From a virus, in IMG/VR virus record IMGVR_UViG_3300025057_000003, positions 32,001-96,000 of that record: a stretch of 64,000 nucleotides of DNA; one strand, written 5' to 3'. How positions within the stretch are numbered: the stretch's first letter is position 1; every line of letters begins with the position of its first letter. Position numbers and translations under genes: made by a program. The notes under the pieces are model-generated. The model saw only the letters and a list, made by a program, of their open reading frames with translations, ran no database searches and was not told the DNA's origin. This document shows, piece by piece, positions 1 through 9,363 of the stretch.

Positions 1-1
1 T

Positions 2-3000
2 GTAATTAGTAACTCAGGTCAGGAATTTAATTTTCAAGTATATAATACTGCTTCTGTTACATCTATTAATTTAACGGAACCTACGGATGATGGCGGAACT
101 ATTATTGCTAGAGGGGGTATGGCTTATTGGCAATCAACCGAAAGATACCCTGCCACTGATCCCGTTAGATGGGCTGATTTGTGCGGAGAACCAATAAGAC
201 ATCATAAATTTCCCACAGAAGAAATAAGTTCAAGTTTAGAGTTATCTGCTAATTCTGGCACACGTATTAGGATACTTGGTGTAGAGTTTAGCAATATAGA
301 AAGACCTAAGTTTAATGATGGTACATACATACCAAATATAGTAGGATATGAAATATTAAGAGGATCTAGACAAGGTAATAAGTCAATACTTGCCAAAGGT
401 ATATTTAGAAATATGCGGGAGTATCAGATTCCTGATAATGAAGGTGTATTTGGACCAAAAATTGGATTGTATCCAAACTTTCCATACAATGATTTAAGAG
501 CCGATGTATACCACTATGATGGTTCTGCCGGTAATATAAATTGGCCTTGGGCAGGTAATAGCTCAAGTAATTTTCTTGGAACAGATCCTGTTCCTAGGAC
601 AGATGGATGCGATACTTGGAGTGATTCATTAAGTAACTTTCCTCCATTAACAGATTACAGAAGAGATATATTTACATTTCATTCTCCAGAGTTAATGTTT
701 AAGCGTCCATTTTTAAATCCTTATGAGATTAGAATGTATGGGGCTTATTCAGGAGAAAGTGTTGGTAGCTTTAAAGCTAGTGAAGAGCATCCTCAAAATA
801 AACTGTTAAGAAATGGTGCTGCTATTATAGCAGGTATAATCGGGGTAGGCTATGCTATAGGTCAAATGCAAGGTACACAACAAGTTAAAAAAGTTGATGC
901 TACAAATTCAAATACACCTTGGTTACCAATATGGTTTCTTGCAGGTTTAGCAAATGGAACAAATGTTCCAGGAGTTAATGCTGTAGCAGCCGGAACATCA
1001 ACAGGAACTGGCGCGGGTTCAGTAGCAGCAAATATAATATTAAATGCATTATTAGATGAAGGTACCAAACTTCTTGATATCTCGCTTAGTGGTGGTTCTG
1101 GAAGTGATATTGCATTTTATGTTCAGGCAGCTATTCAACAAGGTCTTGGTCTTGTTCCAGGTATGAATGGCGGTGGTTATGAAAGAACATATATTAAAGA
1201 TAAAGATACATCTTTACTACCCGTAATAGTAAAAATTATAACAGGTGTTGTAAATTCTAGAACAAATATTGCAATAGGTGCTCAAAAGATTATAGATCTA
1301 ATGTATAATCTTATTTCAGCTGAAGACTTTGCATTTAAATATAATTCTTATGGTTTATTTGATTCATATCATAGAACACAAAGTGGTATAAGATTTAGAT
1401 CCAGAAATGTTCAAGCAAATTACATTGGAAATACATTTACAGCATTTAATACACAGTTTAAAATAAATAACTTATTTAGACCAGATACTGTAGTTATTCA
1501 AACTAATGATAATTTTCAAATACCTCAAGATCTTGGGGCACCTCAAGATAGATCTAGATATTGTGTAGGTGGAGATGCTAGTGGTAGTTATGGTGATGAT
1601 TATATAACTAATCCAAATGCTACACAAACAAAGCAAATCTCAGCATTGTATGGCGCATTAAAATTTAATTATGATAATCAGTATGGTCAGATAGAAGGTA
1701 TAAAGCAAGTATCAATGAGTGGTTGTCTATATCAAATTGATACAACAAAGCCTGATAGATTTAGATATGAAACAGGACCGATCTTTAGTGGAGATACATA
1801 TGTAGGAAGATACACTGAAAAAACAATTATGCCAATATTCAGTGATTTCTTGTATGGACAACCCGATCAGTACCCATATAACTATCTACAAAGAATAAAT
1901 ATACCGTATCCAAGATTTTGGATGGATACTAGAAAGTATGATACTTCGGAGCTTGCAACAGAACTATCAACATTAACTTTATCAAATGGTCCAGGATTAG
2001 ATGGGGCATTACCAAATGATCTGTTTTATTTAGATAGAGGTGGTAAGTGCGGAACAAGTTTACTTGGTTTATTTGGGGCTGACAAAGGAGGTAATAGTGC
2101 ATTTGCAATGAGATATGGTTATATGTATACTCACGTAAATGGCATATTAGATTTCTTTGTTGAGTCAGAAGTTCTTTTACCCAACCGAGACTGGGAAGAC
2201 AGTAGAGGTAAAAGACATTATGATAATTTTAGATATACAGATGTAGATGAATTGTTTCATGCTCAAATTATAAAAGAAGATAACAATTATGTTTATGACT
2301 ATTCATTAAGTGCATCTAGATTTGTTACTAACTTAATTCCTAGTGGCGTAATACAACCTAGAGATTATGATCCAGATATTGCAGAGACATGTTTTTCTTA
2401 TTATCCAAAAAGATTAATATATTCTCTTCAAGCCCAAGAAGAAGCAAAGAAAGATTTTTGGAGAGTATTCTTACCTAATAATTATAGAGACTTTAAAGAT
2501 CAGGTTAATGTTATTAAGCCTATTAATAAGAATGGTGCTATTATATTTTTCCCTTATCAGTCTCCTCAAATGTTCCAAGGTATTGATCAGTTACAAACAG
2601 ATCTTAATACTAAAATTACTTTAGGAGATGGCGGATTGTTTAGTCAAGCATTTCAAAATTTAGTTAATTCTGAAATGTCAAATGAGTATGGCTCTTGCGA
2701 AAGTCAAAGAGGTATAATAAATACTCCATTTGGTTTCTTCTTTATATCACAAGCACAGGGTAAGATATTCCAACAGAATGGTCAAGGTTTAAATCCAATA
2801 TCTAATAAAGGAATGAAATGGTGGTTTAATAAATACTTACCATCAAATCTTATACGTCAGTTTCCTGAATTTGAATTTAGCGTACTTGCAGACAATCCAG
2901 TTATTGGAATTGGTTGTCAAGTTATATATGATATTACAGATGATATTGCATACTTCTGTAAAAAAGATTTCTCATTAAAAGAAGAGTATGAAGGTTTAGT

Positions 3001-5182
3001 TACATATGATAGTGAATTAGATTGTTTTGTAACTAATGGAAATCTTCCTTTAAAGAGAATAGAAATTTTACCGCCCCCAATATCAGTAGTTGTCCCAGGT
3101 CAAGGTGAATCTATAGATCAAAATCAACCAGTAACTCCAGGTAGTAAAAGATGTATTGAAATAGGAGATCCCGTTTATTTTGATGATTGTTCTTGGACGG
3201 TAAGTTATGATCCAAAAGCAGAAGCTTGGATATCATTCCATGATTGGCATCCTGAATTATGCATGTCTAGTATAAATCATTTCTTAACTATAAAGTCTGG
3301 TACAACAGATATACCTCAATGTCCTCCGGGATTTGTATATAATGCAGATTTAGAGAAATGTGTAAGACTTATAGATGTAACAGAAGATGCTGTAGTTTCT
3401 GTAGATGAATTAGCAATTGGAGTTCCAGATAGATGTCCTGAAGGGTTTACATTTAATGAACTTACGCAATTGTGCGAGAAGATAACAACTGCACCACTTA
3501 CATGTGAACCTACAGTATATGAGGTATGTGGTGGAACGCAAATAGTTGGAAACTATGGAAAGTTTGGAGCTAGATTTTATGAGCCAGTAGATCCAAATCC
3601 AGCTAATCTTCCAATACAAAGAGCTGGTTCAACGAATATTGAATACCAAAATGGAACTCCATTAACTTTAGTAGCTCAAGTGAATAGTACAAATAATCCA
3701 ACCGGATTTATAAATATATGGCGAGAAAGATTAAATACAGCAGGTGTATGGGGTAATGATGGCGCAGGTGGCCCATGTCCATCTAGAACGTCACTATCGG
3801 GAAGAGATCCAGTAAATGAGTGGATTGGATTTACAACATGTATTCAAATTCCAGAAACAAAAGTTTATAGTGTTTTTATAGCTGCAGATAATAGGACAAG
3901 ATTTAGTTTAAATGGTCAATTGATTGTAGATTTTGGATTATCGGGCCCTGTTGAAAATTTTCAATATGGTTGGGTATTTCCATTATTATTACCTGCAGGA
4001 ACAAGTATATTGCAACTAGAAGGGTATAATGATAGTTCTGTTGCTGCTTTTGCTGCAGAAGTTTATGATGCTACAGCATTAGAGTTAGCCGCATTTACAA
4101 CAATAGGAGAACTTGATGCTGTAAAAGTATTTAGTACAGAAGATTTAATTGGTAGTGGGGCTGTATTTGATATTGGTGAGGCAGGATTAAGTGGTTGTAA
4201 TTGCCCAGAAGGATTTATTTTATCTAATTGTGGAGGAGAACTACAGTGTGTTCAAATTGAAACAGCAGAACCCTCAGAAGGTTGTAATTGTCCAGAAGAT
4301 TACACTTTAGTTTACTTTAATAAAGATGAACAAAACTTTACATTACCTGATGGTGATTGTTTTAATGAAGAACTTCCTCCACCATTGTGTAGAAAAGTAG
4401 AATGTTTATGCCCTCCTGGGCCAGATCCAGATGCTATTGTTACTCAAAGCGGTCAATGTGATGATGTTTATCAATCAGGACCAAGCGGAAATAGATTATA
4501 TATAAATCCAAATCCAAGAAAGTGTATTTATAAATTACAAGAAGAAGCAGAACCTAATTTTAAAGTAGGTGGAATTTGGAGACACAATTATAGATGTGAC
4601 TTATTTGCAAATTACTATAATGTAGATTATCCATGGGAAGTGGAGCTAATTGAAAGTACGGGTCAAAATGTTATGACACTAAGAAGTATAGAGTACCAAT
4701 TAGAAAGTTTCGTATATAAAGGAAATCAATTCAATGCATGCGGTGATGATAAATGGCATGATTTAGATTTCAATTTTGATGAGTCAATTATTTATAATAG
4801 TGAGCAAGTATCAGGATTATTAAGATTAGAGCTAAGTCCAAAAGAAGATCCCATCAATGCATTAACATATCCAATTATAAATGCAAATGATATTCAAATA
4901 TTATATTCAAAAGAAGAACAAAAATATAGATTCAATCAGTTCTGGGATACAACCAATGACAGAGGTGAGTTTAGTAATGCTGAACAAAATATATTAATAA
5001 CACAATGTAATGGTTATATTAGAGAATTGAATGAGTTTAATTTAAATTATAACAAGGCTGAAGATCAAAGAAAGAAATTCAGACACTACTATAACAAAGT
5101 GTTATTAAGAAGAAATTTTTCAAATAATAAAAAGATGCTTCTTACATTAGTAAATTCAAAACTTAACCTATCATTTAGATAA
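2..5182 (+). CDS. Tail stabilisation/nozzle-type virion protein of crAss-like phage (5' truncated by window edge), with Cys-rich plus beta-sandwich insertion
   Basis: The frame is open from position 2 (VISNSGQEF...) into the track's ORF 119..5182. The motifs GMAYWQSTERYP..W.DLCGEPIRHHKFP, GDTYVGRY and SWTVSYDPKAEAWISFHDWHP resemble crAss-like tail stabilisation proteins, and the gene lies directly upstream of the ejected-cargo genes. Confidence 0.75.
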   Translation, partial: VISNSGQEFNFQVYNTASVTSINLTEPTDDGGTIIARGGMAYWQSTERYPATDPVRWADLCGEPIRHHKFPTEEISSSLELSANSGTRIRILGVEFSNIERPKFNDGTYIPNIVGYEILRGSRQGNKSILAKGIFRNMREYQIPDNEGVFGPKIGLYPNFPYNDLRADVYHYDGSAGNINWPWAGNSSSNFLGTDPVPRTDGCDTWSDSLSNFPPLTDYRRDIFTFHSPELMFKRPFLNPYEIRMYGAYSGESVGSFKASEEHPQNKLLRNGAAIIAGIIGVGYAIGQMQGTQQVKKVDATNSNTPWLPIWFLAGLANGTNVPGVNAVAAGTSTGTGAGSVAANIILNALLDEGTKLLDISLSGGSGSDIAFYVQAAIQQGLGLVPGMNGGGYERTYIKDKDTSLLPVIVKIITGVVNSRTNIAIGAQKIIDLMYNLISAEDFAFKYNSYGLFDSYHRTQSGIRFRSRNVQANYIGNTFTAFNTQFKINNLFRPDTVVIQTNDNFQIPQDLGAPQDRSRYCVGGDASGSYGDDYITNPNATQTKQISALYGALKFNYDNQYGQIEGIKQVSMSGCLYQIDTTKPDRFRYETGPIFSGDTYVGRYTEKTIMPIFSDFLYGQPDQYPYNYLQRINIPYPRFWMDTRKYDTSELATELSTLTLSNGPGLDGALPNDLFYLDRGGKCGTSLLGLFGADKGGNSAFAMRYGYMYTHVNGILDFFVESEVLLPNRDWEDSRGKRHYDNFRYTDVDELFHAQIIKEDNNYVYDYSLSASRFVTNLIPSGVIQPRDYDPDIAETCFSYYPKRLIYSLQAQEEAKKDFWRVFLPNNYRDFKDQVNVIKPINKNGAIIFFPYQSPQMFQGIDQLQTDLNTKITLGDGGLFSQAFQNLVNSEMSNEYGSCESQRGIINTPFGFFFISQAQGKIFQQNGQGLNPISNKGMKWWFNKYLPSNLIRQFPEFEFSVLADNPVIGIGCQVIYDITDDIAYFCKKDFSLKEEYEGLVTYDSELDCFVTNGNLPLKRIEILPPPISVVVPGQGESIDQNQPVTPGSKRCIEIGDPVYFDDCSWTVSYDPKAEAWISFHDWHPELCMSSINHFLTIKSGTTDIPQCPPGFVYNADLEKCVRLIDVTEDAVVSVDELAIGVPDRCPEGFTFNELTQLCEKITTAPLTCEPTVYEVCGGTQIVGNYGKFGARFYEPVDPNPANLPIQRAGSTNIEYQNGTPLTLVAQVNSTNNPTGFINIWRERLNTAGVWGNDGAGGPCPSRTSLSGRDPVNEWIGFTTCIQIPETKVYSVFIAADNRTRFSLNGQLIVDFGLSGPVENFQYGWVFPLLLPAGTSILQLEGYNDSSVAAFAAEVYDATALELAAFTTIGELDAVKVFSTEDLIGSGAVFDIGEAGLSGCNCPEGFILSNCGGELQCVQIETAEPSEGCNCPEDYTLVYFNKDEQNFTLPDGDCFNEELPPPLCRKVECLCPPGPDPDAIVTQSGQCDDVYQSGPSGNRLYINPNPRKCIYKLQEEAEPNFKVGGIWRHNYRCDLFANYYNVDYPWEVELIESTGQNVMTLRSIEYQLESFVYKGNQFNACGDDKWHDLDFNFDESIIYNSEQVSGLLRLELSPKEDPINALTYPIINANDIQILYSKEEQKYRFNQFWDTTNDRGEFSNAEQNILITQCNGYIRELNEFNLNYNKAEDQRKKFRHYYNKVLLRRNFSNNKKMLLTLVNSKLNLSFR

Positions 5183-8100
5183 TGAAAAAGTCATATTCAA
5201 ACATAGAGCGTAGAGGTTTACCGGGTGGACCCAATGAAGAAATAAATTTTAGCAACTTAAGTTATTCAACTCAAGGCTATAAAAGATTTAGTCCAGATGT
5301 AAACAATCCATTTAATCTTATTAATTCAGGAAGAATTACAATGAAAGATGTGGACTTTCCTGTTACGGGTATTGATAATCTTGGATATAGAATGACAATG
5401 ATGCCAGATGAAGAATATGAATTTCCAGGTAATGAAGTATTAGAAATACCTCACAGAACTCTAGAGAGCTTGCAACCGCATCATAAAGATCATCATAATA
5501 ATATACATGCTTTTGCTGGTATAACAGGAGATGCTGTTAACCATATGGGAGTATATGGAGGATTTGATACAAAGCATTTTGGTTTACATGGCTCTTATTT
5601 AAAACCTTTACAACAAATAGCACATAACTCAGGTGATATGCATTTAAGTGCAGAGTATAGAGGTGGTAATAATAGATTAAACTTTAATGTAGGCCCTACA
5701 TTTAATATGCATGGTGGCCATCCTAGCTTTGGAGTACAAGGTGGTTTAAGATTTAACTTTCAACCAGGTGGTGAGATAGAAGAAGATATGATGTATTCTC
5801 AACCTATTGAAGATATTATTAGTGATAGGAAGAATGATAGCTATGAGTACAAAAGATCTCAAGATCCTAGAACAGGGGCAATGAGTTATTATCAAAGAAA
5901 GAAAGGTTCTAACACTTGGAGAGATGCGGGCAAAGAGGGAAGTACAGGATACAGAGCTGTAACTAATGTATTTGGGGATGACAAGACCGGCTATGCAAAC
6001 TCACCAGAGAGAGCTCAGTTTCTAGATAAAATGAAGATGAACTATAGAATGAAGGACCAAAATTATATTAGAGGTCTTTTAGATAAAGCAAATCATCCTT
6101 TAGATTTAGTTTATGGTAATCCACAATTAGGCATACCTGCTTTTGGAGAACAGATTAAAAATATGTCTGAGTATAGAGAAGATTTTTTTGATCCATATGG
6201 AGATCAAGAAGATAAATATTTTGCAGAGTATGCGGCAACTCCACAAGAAAGAAAAGCTGCTGCACAACGGGCAAGACAAAATTATTTAAGTAATGTAGGT
6301 AGAACTGAAGAGGAAGATCAAATATATGAAGCAAAAAGACAAAAAGAAATTGATGAAGAGCATGCTAAATGGAGAGCAGAAAGAGAAAAAGATAGATTAG
6401 AAATGGGTCATGATGGCTTTGGTGGAAATGTAGTTGGTGGATGGGAATACACAGGTCAAACTCCAGATGAATATTATGCAGATATGCAAGACTCTGGACT
6501 TGGGGAGATAATGGATTATACAGGTATGACCACAGCAATGAATGTACTTGGTGTAACTGATATTATGAAATTAGGTATGGATGTTGAAGAAAAAGGTATA
6601 GGTGCTTTAACTGATGGAGGTAATTTGTTGACTGTAGCAGGTTTAATTCCTGGTATTGGTATGCTTGGTAAAGGTGCAAATCTTGTGGGAAAAGGTAGTA
6701 AACTTATTAAAACAGGAAAGAACGTAACAAAAGCTATAGATACAGGAAGAGATGTATATAATAAAGCATTAAAGCCAATTAATAAAACTTTAAATAAAAT
6801 TGGAGATGCTAAAAGCAGCAGTAAAATTTTAAATAAATACGGTGTTGGAAGCTTGAGTGATTTTAATAAAAATGTTCTAAAGAAAAATATAATATCATCA
6901 TCTAATCCAGCAATGCAAAAAAATATAGATAATGTTTTTAATACTACTAAAAAGCTTGGATTATCAAATGACTTATGGGGTGCAGCTACTGGATATGGAA
7001 TGTATAATTCATTAGATGCTGTAGATAGAATAGTGCATGGTGAAGGTAGTACAGATGATTTTGTCAAAGCAGGATTAAATTTTATACCAGGTGCAAATAT
7101 TGCTAAATCAACAGGTTTAGCTACGTATGGAACAAAGGCTGGTTTAAAGGCTATAGATAAATCAGGAGTATTTGATGATGAAAAAAATGAACGTCAAATA
7201 TCTCAACAAAACAACCAATTAAGAACAACAATGTTTCAAGGCGGTGGTGAAAGCGGAAGACGTAACTTAAATGATCTTTATGTTTCACCTTCAGATTTAG
7301 CTTATTTAAATAGACCATCTACAAAGAATGATCCTAATGAATATTATTGTAACCCGGGTGATGTAGGTTGTTTAGCAAGCTCTTATGATGCATATGATAA
7401 ACTTGTTGGACAAAGATATAGAAGTGATGAATTTTTATCGGAGCAAGGTTTAAAAAAATCTCTAGGCTTGCAAAGTTTACCAAGCCGATGGGATTCTCGT
7501 TCCGGAACAGGATATGACTGGGACCCAGAAACAAATGATTTTGTTTATTATAAAAATGACCAGGAAACAAAAAGATATAAGCCTGGATCTACCACACATG
7601 ATTGGATCATGAAGTATAAAGATTATTTCCAAAAAGGATATGAGGGAGAAGAGCAAGGTGGAGGATATGACTTTACAGCTGATAGCTGGGATATACATGG
7701 GATTCTTGTAGATCAAGGTGGAAAGAATGTATTTACTGGCGGTACTGAGTGGGATAACTATAACAAAACGGGTAACATAATGACTCCTGAGAAATTAAAA
7801 AACCTTTATTCAGAAATGACTCCCGGAACAATAATAGGTTTTAATAATTATAATAAAGGACTCAATCCTAAAAAAGGATTAACAGGTTCTGGTCATAGTA
7901 CCCAAGTTGTTGGTTATGATGAAAGAGGTGTTCCTGTAATATATGATTATGGTGATTATCTTCCAATTGATAAACTTGGTTTAGAACAGGGAGGTTTATA
8001 TAGTATAGATCAAATAAGTAATATCACTATACCAAAAGAACATATAGGAAAAAATTTAGAATGGGCAAAAGAAAAAGGTTATTGGACAGGCGAAGATCCT

Positions 8101-9300
8101 AAAGATTTAAATCTTAATTTAGAACCTATACTATCAAGATGGGGTCAAGATGATGATGAGCTTCCTGATTTTTATGCAGGTTTAAAAGATGAAAAGTTTA
8201 ATTTGATGGATGATCTTAACCTTAAAGAAAGTCAATATGATCAAATGGCCGCTGCACTTATAGGCATTGCAATGGAAGAAACAGAAGGTGGAGGTGGTTT
8301 CCAACATAATATAGAACAACTTTTACCTGGTACGGCAGGTCAAGATACTTCTGGTTTAACTCAATTAATGTGGTCTAATATTGCAGACGATGAAAAATTA
8401 AAGAAGATTGCTGAAAAGTATGGAATTACTAAACAATCAGATTTAAAAGATTCTAAAAAGTCTGCTATTGCTTCTATGATATATGGATCAAGAAACTATT
8501 TAGCCGCACAAAAGAATTTAAAGGCGGGAAAAAAAGAAGGTATTAGAACATATTATCCTCCAGGTTGGAAAGGCACACTTAAAAGATTAAAAGGAGATAA
8601 CCAAGTATATGATGGAAAAACATTTATAACAGAAGGTGGAAAACAAATAGATTTATTTACTGGAAATAATTGGTCGGGTATTGGCTGGACAAAAGACTTA
8701 GAGGATATTCAAGAACAACTTGATGCTGCATCTGAAGCTGAAGGAATACCCGGTAGATACACAGCACGTAAAACTACAGATGATGATGGAGATGAAGTAA
8801 TTGTTATAGATAAAAAGACTTTAGGTAATGCAGATATGGATCCTATAGATGCATTTATTTATAATTGGAATTCACCTTATGCCTTAACATCTGGGGATGC
8901 TCAGGGTGGATCTGGTTATGTTAAAAATGTTAAGAGTTGGATGGATCAGATAAAAATGCAAGCTGGTGGTGAAATTACTCCAGAGCATGTTCAACAAAAA
9001 CAAAAAACGTTGGAAGAAGAGTTAGCTAAAATGGAACAATATAATTTGAATCCTGCTCAGAAGATGCAACTTACAGAATCACTTATTGATGCATATAATG
9101 ATACGGTTCCTTATAAATTTAAAATGGGTGGCCCAACTCTTCAACCAGAATTCCAAATGTATAAAGATTATATAGTGGGTAAAGATGAGAGTGAGGATGC
9201 TAGAAGAAACTATGATAAACTTAATAGAGTTTACTATAGAGAAGCCAAAATCAAAAACATGAAACCGGCTAACTATATAATGAGTGAGCTGATATCTTAA
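5182..9300 (+). CDS. Multidomain virion/ejection protein: beta-barrel-like segment, shared module, NlpC/CHAP-like amidase, lysozyme-like (SLT) domain
   Basis: 1372 aa, TAATG-coupled to the upstream gene. CHAP/NlpC-like motifs: GCLASSY..DSWDIH..PGTIIGF..GHSTQVVG. Lytic-transglycosylase-like motifs: IGIAMEETEGG..TSGLTQL..SAIASMIY..YNWN..YVKNV. Confidence 0.7.
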   Translation: MKKSYSNIERRGLPGGPNEEINFSNLSYSTQGYKRFSPDVNNPFNLINSGRITMKDVDFPVTGIDNLGYRMTMMPDEEYEFPGNEVLEIPHRTLESLQPHHKDHHNNIHAFAGITGDAVNHMGVYGGFDTKHFGLHGSYLKPLQQIAHNSGDMHLSAEYRGGNNRLNFNVGPTFNMHGGHPSFGVQGGLRFNFQPGGEIEEDMMYSQPIEDIISDRKNDSYEYKRSQDPRTGAMSYYQRKKGSNTWRDAGKEGSTGYRAVTNVFGDDKTGYANSPERAQFLDKMKMNYRMKDQNYIRGLLDKANHPLDLVYGNPQLGIPAFGEQIKNMSEYREDFFDPYGDQEDKYFAEYAATPQERKAAAQRARQNYLSNVGRTEEEDQIYEAKRQKEIDEEHAKWRAEREKDRLEMGHDGFGGNVVGGWEYTGQTPDEYYADMQDSGLGEIMDYTGMTTAMNVLGVTDIMKLGMDVEEKGIGALTDGGNLLTVAGLIPGIGMLGKGANLVGKGSKLIKTGKNVTKAIDTGRDVYNKALKPINKTLNKIGDAKSSSKILNKYGVGSLSDFNKNVLKKNIISSSNPAMQKNIDNVFNTTKKLGLSNDLWGAATGYGMYNSLDAVDRIVHGEGSTDDFVKAGLNFIPGANIAKSTGLATYGTKAGLKAIDKSGVFDDEKNERQISQQNNQLRTTMFQGGGESGRRNLNDLYVSPSDLAYLNRPSTKNDPNEYYCNPGDVGCLASSYDAYDKLVGQRYRSDEFLSEQGLKKSLGLQSLPSRWDSRSGTGYDWDPETNDFVYYKNDQETKRYKPGSTTHDWIMKYKDYFQKGYEGEEQGGGYDFTADSWDIHGILVDQGGKNVFTGGTEWDNYNKTGNIMTPEKLKNLYSEMTPGTIIGFNNYNKGLNPKKGLTGSGHSTQVVGYDERGVPVIYDYGDYLPIDKLGLEQGGLYSIDQISNITIPKEHIGKNLEWAKEKGYWTGEDPKDLNLNLEPILSRWGQDDDELPDFYAGLKDEKFNLMDDLNLKESQYDQMAAALIGIAMEETEGGGGFQHNIEQLLPGTAGQDTSGLTQLMWSNIADDEKLKKIAEKYGITKQSDLKDSKKSAIASMIYGSRNYLAAQKNLKAGKKEGIRTYYPPGWKGTLKRLKGDNQVYDGKTFITEGGKQIDLFTGNNWSGIGWTKDLEDIQEQLDAASEAEGIPGRYTARKTTDDDGDEVIVIDKKTLGNADMDPIDAFIYNWNSPYALTSGDAQGGSGYVKNVKSWMDQIKMQAGGEITPEHVQQKQKTLEEELAKMEQYNLNPAQKMQLTESLIDAYNDTVPYKFKMGGPTLQPEFQMYKDYIVGKDESEDARRNYDKLNRVYYREAKIKNMKPANYIMSELIS

Positions 9301-9328
9301 ATTATAAATTAGTAAATGTTAGTAATTA

Positions 9329-9341
9329 TTTGTATATTATA
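9329..9341 (+). promoter_or_regulatory. Putative late promoter element TTTGTATATTATA
   Basis: Lies in the 63-nt gap upstream of ORF 9364; an identical 13-mer occurs at 43559-43571 upstream of the second late block. Confidence 0.5.
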
Positions 9342-9363
9342 ATTGTATGTAATAATATAAAAA

